From Psychrobacter cryohalolentis K5 (lineage in GTDB: Bacteria; Pseudomonadota; Gammaproteobacteria; Pseudomonadales; Moraxellaceae), in NCBI RefSeq assembly GCF_000013905.1, contig NC_007969.1, forward strand, positions 780,001-812,000: DNA of 32,000 nucleotides. Direction: 5' to 3'. Below the pieces are notes generated by a model. It had not been told where the DNA came from and made no database searches. It was given only the letters and a program-made list of their open reading frames with translations. Below, one piece after another: positions 9,631 to 16,647 of this stretch (position 1 is its first letter; each line of letters opens with the position of its first letter). The translations under genes were made by a program, and so were the position numbers.

Positions 9631-10386
9631 ATGGCAAAATTTTTAAACAGCAGTGGCACGACTTATCATTTAGAAGAGTTGATTAAAAATGCGTCTGATA
9701 GATTGATTATTATTAGCCCCTATCTAAAGCTGAATGAGCGTATTAAAGAGTTGCTAGAAGATCGTAATCGTCTCAAAATTGATATTAGAATCGTTTATGG
9801 CAAGAATGATTTGCACCCAGAAGAAATAAACTGGCTCAAAAATCTGACTTTTATTCGCACCAGCTTTTGTAAAAACTTGCATGCAAAGTGTTACCTGAAC
9901 GAAAATGAGTGCATTATTACGAGCTTAAACCTTTATGAATTCAGCCAAGTCAATAATAATGAAATGGGCGTACTGATTTACCGTAATGAAGATGCGAAAC
10001 TCTATGCCGATACTTATGAAGAAGCCCAGCGCATTATTCGTATCAGTGATGAAGTCAGAATGTCACTTGAGAAAATAATTGAGCCTAGTAATAGTGTTGA
10101 TAACAACCTTAGTTCTGAGAGTGCTTCTCGAGTCCCTACTGAAACTCATTCTGCTAAACCTACAGAAGTAGCAACACCTAATTATTCTAAGTTAACGACG
10201 GCAAAGCTTGCCAAAGAGCTGGGCTTTAAAACCCAAGAATTAAACGATAAATTACTGACAGCGGGGTATTTGCAAGAGCAAGAAGGTGAGTTGTTATTAA
10301 CAGATGCTGGGCGTGCCGCAGGTGGTACGAGTAAGCGTGGAAAGTTTGGTGAGTTTTGTCTGTGGGATTCAGGGATGGTGATATAA
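9631..10386 (+). CDS. Orphan phospholipase-D/Nuc-like (single HKD) domain protein with a low-complexity linker and a small C-terminal module
   Basis: 251-aa ORF with a GAGGG RBS 8 nt upstream. The HKD-type motif is LHAKCYLNENECIITSLNL (His84 at 9880-9882, Lys86). It has E in place of the canonical D and TSxN in place of GSxN. A Ser/Thr/Pro/Glu-rich linker spans residues about 150-186. The C-terminal 65 aa end in …GGTSKRGKFGEFCLWD. The gene is visibly more AT-rich than its neighbours: I counted 18/60 and 22/60 G+C in its first two 60-nt lines. Confidence 0.7.
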   Translation: MAKFLNSSGTTYHLEELIKNASDRLIIISPYLKLNERIKELLEDRNRLKIDIRIVYGKNDLHPEEINWLKNLTFIRTSFCKNLHAKCYLNENECIITSLNLYEFSQVNNNEMGVLIYRNEDAKLYADTYEEAQRIIRISDEVRMSLEKIIEPSNSVDNNLSSESASRVPTETHSAKPTEVATPNYSKLTTAKLAKELGFKTQELNDKLLTAGYLQEQEGELLLTDAGRAAGGTSKRGKFGEFCLWDSGMVI

Positions 10387-10648
10387 ACGTCTATTTAACT
10401 TCTCACTTTTTACCTCATTACTTTGTTTTCAAAGAATAATTTTGCTACCTTCGTGTTAGTAATAAAAGGAATAACCGCATTACAATCCGTCACAAGACAT
10501 TCATAACCAGTTTGTTAAGATAAAGTCAGTTTTTTTGTTGAGATGCTTGGTAGATATTTTAACCGCTGAGTATGTCGTTGATAATAAGAGAGCGCGTAGA
10601 TAGCATTCGATAATAGCGCTCGTCACAATCATAAATAAGGAATCAAGC

Positions 10649-11287
10649 ATGGCACATTTACGTTTAGGCGATACCGCACCAAATTTTGATGCAACCACTA
10701 CTGAAGGTGATATCAATTTCCATGAATGGGCGGGTGATAATTGGGTGGTTTTCTTCTCACATCCAGCCGATTTTACCCCAGTATGTACCACTGAGCTCGG
10801 TCGTGCTGCTGCGCTAAATGGCGAATTTCAAAAGCGCGGCGTGAAGCCAATTTGTATCTCTGTTGACGGTATCGATGACCATCATGCCTGGGCAAAAGAT
10901 ATCGGTGAAACTCAAGGTACTGAACTGAACTTCCCCATCATCGCTGATCCTAATAAAGAAGTGGCTGAGCTGTATGACATGATGCATCCAAATGCAGACA
11001 GCACGCATACCGTACGTAGCGTCTTTATTATTGACCCAAGCAAAAAGATTCGACTAACACTGACCTATCCTGCTAGCTGTGGACGTAACTTTGACGAGAT
11101 TCTTCGTGTGATTGACGCACTGCAATTGTCTGATGAATACAACATCGCAACGCCAGTAGACTGGAAAGATGGTGATGACGTTATCATTCCGCCAAGTGTT
11201 AAAAACGAAGATATCGCTGCCAAATATCCAAAAGGTCACACAGAAATTAAGCCGTATCTACGTACCACTCCTGCACCTAATAAATAA
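10649..11287 (+). CDS. 1-Cys peroxiredoxin (Prx6-like thiol peroxidase)
   Basis: HPADFTPVCTTELG peroxidatic-Cys motif and no resolving Cys motif. Length of 212 aa and the C-terminal extension are typical of the Prx6 subfamily. Confidence 0.9.
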   Translation: MAHLRLGDTAPNFDATTTEGDINFHEWAGDNWVVFFSHPADFTPVCTTELGRAAALNGEFQKRGVKPICISVDGIDDHHAWAKDIGETQGTELNFPIIADPNKEVAELYDMMHPNADSTHTVRSVFIIDPSKKIRLTLTYPASCGRNFDEILRVIDALQLSDEYNIATPVDWKDGDDVIIPPSVKNEDIAAKYPKGHTEIKPYLRTTPAPNK

Positions 11288-11325
11288 TAAGCTGGAGCAT
11301 GTGAGCTTGATGAAGAGATGATTTA

Positions 11326-11358
11326 AAAAGCCCCATAATGCAAAATTGTGGGGCTTTC
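11326..11358 (+). terminator. Peroxiredoxin gene terminator
   Basis: Sequence aaaaa-gcccca (11330-11335)…tggggc (11349-11354)-ttt: a short GC stem with a weak T tail. Confidence 0.55.
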
Positions 11359-11575
11359 TGTTATTCAGCTTAACATCAGAAGCATCAGCTAAATAAGGCT
11401 TTGCTATGATGAACAGAGTACGCTATAACTAGTAAATCAAGTATGCATGATTTAGAGATGAATCGTTATCGTTAATACTTGAGTTAATAGTGCATTTGAT
11501 ACTTGATGACACAACAATCATAATAAAATATAGCAGCGCTAAGTCGCTTTTAAGCCCACCTTACAAGGAGTTTTT

Positions 11576-12238
11576 ATGAAAAAATTATATGTCACCCGTA
11601 CAGCACCTAATCCACGGAAAGCACTTATTTTGCTAGCATCAAAAGGTATCGATATTGATGATATGGATGACCTCGATGTGATTGATATCGATTTTGCTGC
11701 CAACGAGCAAATGTCAGAGGCATTTACCAAAATAAATCCCATGCAAACCGTACCTGTTTTGACATTAGATGATGGTACTGTACTCAATGACTCGCAGGCA
11801 GTGTGCGAATATCTCGACCGTGTTTATGGTGAGCGCTCGGTGATGGGCAATGATGTGGTACAGCGTGCGCAAGTATGCTCTATGCGCCGTATCGCCGAAT
11901 TTGAGGTGCTATATAACTTTATGCTCGCCTTTCAGCATAGCCACCCATCAAAAGCCCAGCGTGTTGAGCAAGTACCAGAGTTTGTCGCACCATCTATCGC
12001 ACGTGCTGTCAAAGCATTAGCATATTTTGAAACCCTGTTGGAGGGTCATGAGTATCTGGTCGGTGACCAGCTGAGCTTTGCTGATATTGTGCTGTATTTG
12101 GGTTTAGATTTTGGCAAAGTCCTTCAAGTCAATCCCAATGAACAAGGCGACAATCTTGCCCGTTTTTACCAAATGATGAACGAGCGTTTTAGCATCAAAA
12201 ACATGGCAAAAGCCAAACCTGTTCATGAAGAAGATTAA
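11576..12238 (+). CDS. Glutathione S-transferase family protein
   Basis: The N-terminal thioredoxin-like fold carries the conserved TVPVL…DGTVLNDSQAVCEYL block. A helical GST_C domain follows (…SFADIVLYLGLDF…). AAGGAG RBS upstream. Confidence 0.85.
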   Translation: MKKLYVTRTAPNPRKALILLASKGIDIDDMDDLDVIDIDFAANEQMSEAFTKINPMQTVPVLTLDDGTVLNDSQAVCEYLDRVYGERSVMGNDVVQRAQVCSMRRIAEFEVLYNFMLAFQHSHPSKAQRVEQVPEFVAPSIARAVKALAYFETLLEGHEYLVGDQLSFADIVLYLGLDFGKVLQVNPNEQGDNLARFYQMMNERFSIKNMAKAKPVHEED

Positions 12239-12358
12239 AGTAGTAAATTTTTTAAAAATGTAATGATAAGCAGCAACAGCTTTGCGTAACGAGGATAATT
12301 CCTAACGACGCAGGGCTGTTTTGCTATGGTTAACATTAAAAATAGGATCAGCATATAT

Positions 12359-13440
12359 GTGAAATTTAGGTGTAATGGACATTTTTCATGCTGGCGTAGG
12401 GTCTAACGCTATATACTGTCTATATTTGCAAGGAATCAACGCCATGAATCAAAAAACTGCCCTTTTTGTCGTGATAAACACATCAAAAAGAATGGACGCA
12501 AGCTAGGCAAACAACAGTATCAATGTCTGGCTTGCAGACGGCAGTTTTTAGGTGGTAAAAGACTCAATAATCAAACCCTTTGGACTGAATATACCCAAGG
12601 GAAACAGACCTACAAACAACTGGCTGATAAGTATCACTGTAGTCTTAAAACCATTCAAAGGCGCTTAGATAAAGTCAGTACCCAGTATCCAGTTAAACGT
12701 CCTACGACTGCTAATATCATCATGGACACCACCTACTTTGGTCGCAAGTTTGGTTTAATGGTCTTTATGGACAACACCACTAGAACCGTTCTTTATTACG
12801 CTGTAGTGAGTCATGAAACCAACAGTGCTTATAAGCAAGGAGTGGATCACTTAGCATCGTTAGGCGTTGATGTACAAAGCATTACCTGCGATGGCAGACG
12901 AGGACTTAGAACGCTTTTTATTAGCACCCCTTGTCAGATGTGTCAGTTTCATCAAATGCAAATAGTGACTCGTTACCTGACTCGTCGTCCTAAGAACATC
13001 GCGAGCATTGAACTTAGAGGGCTTGCTTTAGACTTAACACAGCTTAATAAAGCTGACTTCATAGAGCACTTAGATTATTGGTATTTGACTCATGAAGATT
13101 ATCTTAATGAGCGTAGTACCAATGACGATACTGGTAAAACGTGGTACACCCACAAGCGTCTTAGAAGTGCTTATCGTAGTCTCAGAACCAATAGTGATTG
13201 GTTATTTACTTATCAAGAATGTGAGCAGTTAGACATACCAAGCACCACAAATTCTCTTGAAGGTTTGTTTAGTGAGTTAAAGCGACAATTACACAGTCAT
13301 CATGGGCTAAATGAGCGCCGTAAGTTACGGTTTATTAAAGACTTTTTAGCATCAAAGTCACTCAAATAGCATGAATTATGTCCATTAGCGACTACCTTCT
13401 ACTTTTTAGCATGAATTTTGTCCATTACACCGAAATTTAC
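12359..13440 (+). mobile_element. Complete insertion sequence (about 1082 bp) with 33/34-bp terminal inverted repeats
   Basis: IRL is gtgaaatttaggtgtaatggacatttttcatgct (12359-12392). The reverse complement of IRR (13408-13440) is gtaaatttcggtgtaatggacaaaattcatgct. The core ggtgtaatggaca is identical in both, with about 27 matches overall. The element encloses a single transposase reading frame. It is inserted between the GST terminator and the next gene. Confidence 0.9.
12444..13369 (+). CDS. Zinc-ribbon DDE transposase of the IS; needs a -1 shift at A6C (12451-12457), or is a frameshifted pseudogene
   Basis: ATG at 12444 has an AAGGA RBS 9 nt upstream and reads MNQK in frame 0, which stops at TAG 12504-12506. 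The long frame (open 12407-13369) has no ATG/GTG/TTG before 12722. It encodes CPFC…x18…CLAC (zinc ribbon), an HTH-like segment, then DTTYF … TCDGRRGL…CQFHQ … TTNSLEGLFSELKRQL (D, D, E signature). Re-reading one A after AAA (12453-12455) gives MNQK-NCPFC…, a 308-aa product. Confidence 0.8.
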
Positions 13441-13648
13441 TATGAATCTATAAAATTAAACACTTCGTTACACCTATATCACTTATGAGCGCTATAGTGG
13501 TCAGATTATTACCCTTTTATAAGCATCTTTTTAAATGCCCTTTGAAGAATTTGACTGATATCCGTCTTATAATTGTGACAGTCAGATTTTGTAGATTAAA
13601 TGGGTCAAAAAGTTGAATTAAAAAGTATAACTGCAAGGTATGATCTTC

Positions 13649-14536
13649 ATGACACTATCTTTTAAATCCGCCCTATTGCCAAGTATGCTAGCGATAAGTC
13701 TGGCATTAAGTGCTTGCCAAGATGCGTCTGTTCCAACGGATGCAAATCTCGAGTCAGCTGATACCAATGTTAGCACTGCAGATGCTGATATAGCGAATAA
13801 TAATGCCACGTTAGCTAAGGCAAGCGAGATGAGTGCTGAAGAACAAATGATTGAAAATCTTGCACGTTATCGTTGGACACTAATCGATATTGATGATAAA
13901 AGTGGTGGACCTGTCATAACGACGCTTGTAGATATTAAAAACCAAGTAATGCTGTCGTTTAAACAAAACCAAGGTCATAACACACTAAATTATGGTGTAG
14001 GCTGTAACACTATGAGTGCAGGTTATGAGTTGCAAGGTCATACGTTAACGACAGAAGACAGCATGAGTACCAAAATGCTATGCGAAAATCTAAATAAGGC
14101 AGAAAATCGTTTAGATACTTTGATGCAGGGTACTAGTGAGCTCAGTGTCACTGAAGGTGATAACCCAGTCCTAACGCAAGTGACCAGCAATGCGGTTACT
14201 TTGACTTGGAAAGGTAGGTTGACGTCACAAGCCAAGTACAATAGTAAAGGTGAGACGGTATTTTGGGCCGTAAATGCCAATGAAACAGTGTGCTCTGATA
14301 ATAGCTTAGAGATGTGTTTGCAAGTAAAACCAGTCACCTATAATGATCAAGGTATTAAAGTCAGTGAAGGCAAGTGGGCTGCATTTAATGGTGAGATTGA
14401 TGGCTATGAGCATGATGGTAAGCATGATGAAGTGCTACGCCTACAACGTTATCAATTAGACAGCGATAAGGTATCAGAAGGTGAAGAATATGCCTATGTC
14501 TTGGACGCCGTTATTGAAAGCTCAGTCGTAGAATAG
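13649..14536 (+). CDS. Lipoprotein with a META (HslJ-like) domain and a C-terminal DUF4377-like domain
   Basis: Lipobox LALSAC, taking the start at the ATG at 13649; the ORF track starts at 13640. The META pattern reads RWTL…GCNTMSAGYEL…TTEDSMSTKMLC. The C-terminal Cys pair reads …CSDNSLEMCLQVKPV…. Confidence 0.75.
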   Translation: MTLSFKSALLPSMLAISLALSACQDASVPTDANLESADTNVSTADADIANNNATLAKASEMSAEEQMIENLARYRWTLIDIDDKSGGPVITTLVDIKNQVMLSFKQNQGHNTLNYGVGCNTMSAGYELQGHTLTTEDSMSTKMLCENLNKAENRLDTLMQGTSELSVTEGDNPVLTQVTSNAVTLTWKGRLTSQAKYNSKGETVFWAVNANETVCSDNSLEMCLQVKPVTYNDQGIKVSEGKWAAFNGEIDGYEHDGKHDEVLRLQRYQLDSDKVSEGEEYAYVLDAVIESSVVE

Positions 14537-14585
14537 GGCTGATTGGTTATTAACGAATGAATACATTAAATAGTAACCTTAAACG

Positions 14586-14630
14586 AGCATAAAAAAACAC
14601 GCGCCATTTGACCGCGTGTTTTTTTATGCT
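14586..14630. terminator. Bidirectional terminator shared by the META lipoprotein gene (+) and ruvC (-)
   Basis: Perfect 18-bp inverted repeat: agcataaaaaaacacgcg (14586-14603) and cgcgtgtttttttatgct (14613-14630), with a 9-nt loop. The A/T runs inside the arms give U-tails in both directions. Confidence 0.8.
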
Positions 14631-14719
14631 TAATTGCTTAATTGCTTAATTGCTTAATTGCTTAATTGCTTAATTGCTTAATTGCTTAATTGCTTAATTG
14701 CTTAATTGCTTAATTGCTT
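14628..14719. repeat. Perfect tandem octanucleotide array (GCTTAATT) x 11.5
   Basis: Counted directly: 11 identical 8-bp units (14628-14715) plus a partial gctt (14716-14719). The array starts inside the right arm of the terminator. It ends 3 nt before the ruvC stop codon (14723-14725 on the minus strand). Confidence 0.97.
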
Positions 14720-14722
14720 GTT

Positions 14723-15307
14723 TTAACGCAAATTGCCTAAATCTTCTTCAGTTAAGCGCCAGCGACCTTTTTTCTTAGACGCACCGCGCCCGCGCATGGC
14801 ACTATTTAATATCAATTTGTTCATTGAATGGCTTGAGTGTGCATGACAGATGGCGCAGGCAAGACCGTCTGCCGCATCTTGTTGTGGTACAAAATCCAGA
14901 GTCAGTATCCGGCACACCATTTCTTGTACTTGCTCTTTTGCTGCTGCGCCATAGCCGCAAACGGCTTGTTTGATTTGGCGTGCAGTATATTCTGAAACTT
15001 CCAAATCCAGGGCTACCATCGCTGCAATGGCTGCGCCACGTGCTTGCCCAAGCTTAAGCGCTGAATCAGGGTTTTCTGCCATAAATACTTGTTCAATTGC
15101 CGTATAAATAGGCTCATCTGCATATTTTAGATGATGCTGAGTAATACGCGTCAAGCCATTAAAAATACGTTTTAGGCGTTCAGGCATCTCTTTGGTATCT
15201 GTACGAATGGTGCCTGAATCAATATAGGTGAGCTTATCGCCCGTTTGTTGAAGGATGCCATAGCCGGTCATGCGTGAACCTGGATCAATCCCAATAATAA
15301 TTGCCAT
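14723..15307 (-). CDS. ruvC: Crossover junction endodeoxyribonuclease RuvC
   Basis: [17 protein letters not shown]… with the catalytic D in IDPG. Also …[20 protein letters not shown]… and …[12 protein letters not shown], the typical RuvC acidic tetrad context. It has a basic C-terminal extension. Confidence 0.93.
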   Translation of the reverse strand: MAIIIGIDPGSRMTGYGILQQTGDKLTYIDSGTIRTDTKEMPERLKRIFNGLTRITQHHLKYADEPIYTAIEQVFMAENPDSALKLGQARGAAIAAMVALDLEVSEYTARQIKQAVCGYGAAAKEQVQEMVCRILTLDFVPQQDAADGLACAICHAHSSHSMNKLILNSAMRGRGASKKKGRWRLTEEDLGNLR

Positions 15308-15460
15308 AGTGTTCCGTCTTACTTACATTTTGTTTTATGGCTTAAAAATTAGCCGTAAGTTTGATAGTATAGCAATCAATCCCCATATACATCATATGTT
15401 AGCCATTTTAATTTGCATGGCGCTCAATTTATTGGTTTTTATTTTATAGGACGACACTTT

Positions 15461-16093
15461 ATGGGTCAGATAGTTGGTATTGCCATTGTATGGTTTATTA
15501 TCGAGATGCTGCTTTGGTATTTGCTTGCTCAATTTACGAGTGGCTGGTTGGTGTTTATTTGGTTTATTATCGCCGCCGTCATCGGTATTTCGCTCCTGCG
15601 CAAAGGCATGGCCGCTCTCAACCCAATGGCCCAGCAGATGAAGGCAGGCGGTATGATGAATCCGTCGATGCGTCCGCAAGAGTCAACCATGATCAAAAGT
15701 GTGGCTATGGCAGCGGCTGGTATTTTGCTACTCATTCCCGGTGTGCTTAGTGACTTATTGGCGTTACTGGTTATCTTGCCACCCGTACAGAAAAAGCTCA
15801 AAGACTTTGCCAATAATTACGTCATGAACAATCAACAAAAAATGATGGAGATGATGGCCAAGCAGATGGGTGGACAAATGGGCGGCGGACAAAACCCATT
15901 CGGTGGTGCTGGCGGCATGGGAGGTCAAAACCCATTCGGCGGAGCAGGCGGCACGAATGGCCAAAATCCGTTTGGTCAGCAACAACAAAATCCGTTTGGT
16001 GATGTGTTCAAACAGCATACAACGATTGATGGGACAGCAAAAACCATTCCTAAAGACGTGAAAAAAATCACTAAATCTGCTAATGACGAATAG
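15461..16093 (+). CDS. fxsA: FxsA family inner-membrane protein with a Gly/Gln/Met-rich QNPFG-repeat tail
   Basis: The block MIKSVAMAAAGILLLIPGVLSDLLALLVILPPVQKKL matches my recollection of E. coli FxsA (MIKSV…AG.LLLLPG…D.LGLLLLLPPVQK.L). Two or three N-terminal TM helices are present. I prefer the start at the ATG at 15461 (AGGA 10 nt upstream) over the ORF-track start at 15413. Confidence 0.8.
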   Translation: MGQIVGIAIVWFIIEMLLWYLLAQFTSGWLVFIWFIIAAVIGISLLRKGMAALNPMAQQMKAGGMMNPSMRPQESTMIKSVAMAAAGILLLIPGVLSDLLALLVILPPVQKKLKDFANNYVMNNQQKMMEMMAKQMGGQMGGGQNPFGGAGGMGGQNPFGGAGGTNGQNPFGQQQQNPFGDVFKQHTTIDGTAKTIPKDVKKITKSANDE

Positions 16094-16115
16094 TTGAATT
16101 AATAGACGAGCATAG

Positions 16116-16152
16116 AAAAAGCCCCTTTCGTCAATGACAAAAGGGGCTTTTT
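16116..16152. terminator. Bidirectional terminator between fxsA (+) and ssrS (-)
   Basis: Sequence aaaaa-gccccttt (16121-16128)-cgtcaatgaca-aaaggggc (16140-16147)-ttttt. Confidence 0.8.
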
Positions 16153-16209
16153 AGTAGCTGTAATTCATTCTTTATAAATATAGTGCTTATAAATAAAAAA
16201 ACTACTAAC

Positions 16210-16408
16210 CGAATATAACAACCGAAGTGCCGCCGCAAGATGGTGACCCATGAACCGTGAAGTTCAGGGCGGATGCGTCACTGCCTCGGCAGGTTTCCTG
16301 ATACACCGCAAGCGGTGCAGGCATACACAATGAAGCAATAGGTACCACATCCTGGTAAAGCATTATCGGCTCAGGGAATAAACATCTGCTAGCCAACACT
16401 TCAGAATA
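16210..16408 (-). ncRNA. ssrS: 6S RNA (RNA polymerase-sigma70 sequestering regulator)
   Basis: The minus-strand sequence reads …ttctgaagtgttggctagcagatgtttattCCCTGAGCCGATAatgc…cctgaacttcacggttcatGGGTcACcatCtTGCGGCGGCActtcgg… These blocks match the E. coli 6S blocks as I recall them (CCCUGAGCCGAUA near the 5' end, GGGUUACAGCCUGCGGCGGCA near the 3' end). The 5' ctgaagtg and gcagatg pair with the 3' cacttcgg and catcttgc to form the closing stem. Length is about 195 nt. End coordinates are accurate to about 5 nt. Confidence 0.82.
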
Positions 16409-16413
16409 TAATT

Positions 16414-16442
16414 ATCTTAACCAATGGTTTGAGTGATTGCAA
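16414..16442 (-). promoter_or_regulatory. Predicted sigma70 promoter of ssrS
   Basis: On the minus strand: TTGCAA (16442-16437), a 17-nt spacer, then TAAGAT (16419-16414). This puts the start site about 7 nt downstream, at about 16407, which coincides with the homology-predicted 6S 5' end. Confidence 0.6.
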
Positions 16443-16647
16443 GTACGATTTACAGATTGCTACGTGAGTTTGATAATTAGCATGATTACCATAAGATTAT
16501 TATTAAATCCTAAACTATTCATATAGTAATCAATTGTTGACTTAGAAGCTCACTTTTCAGCTATTTCAAGATGTGTGCTAATATAGACAACTTTAGACAT
16601 CCTAATACAGCATTATAGGCGTTCATTCACTTGAGGAGCGGTAATCC

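Noticed and set aside
10501-10791. 96-aa minus-strand ORF overlapping the peroxiredoxin start
   Set aside because: It overlaps the conserved PVCTTE-containing N-terminus of the peroxiredoxin on the opposite strand. It has no recognisable features.
11549-11565. GacA-box-like sequence tttaag-N5-cttaca upstream of the GST gene
   Set aside because: The consensus is TGTAAG-N6-CTTACA. Here the spacer is 5 nt, one half-site is imperfect, and the motif overlaps the GST RBS rather than preceding a small RNA.
12351-13448. Target-site duplication flanking the IS
   Set aside because: Only a 3-bp 'tat' is shared by the two flanks (…gcatatat | IS | tatgaatc…). That could arise by chance in AT-rich DNA, so no duplication is claimed.
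14628-14719. Possible CRISPR array
   Set aside because: The units are only 8 bp and directly abutting, with no spacers. There are no cas genes in the window. It is a microsatellite-type tandem repeat.
16205-16399. 64-aa minus-strand ORF from the ORF track
   Set aside because: It coincides with the conserved 6S RNA sequence and structure. It has no RBS and its composition is typical of structured RNA, so I treat it as a non-coding gene.
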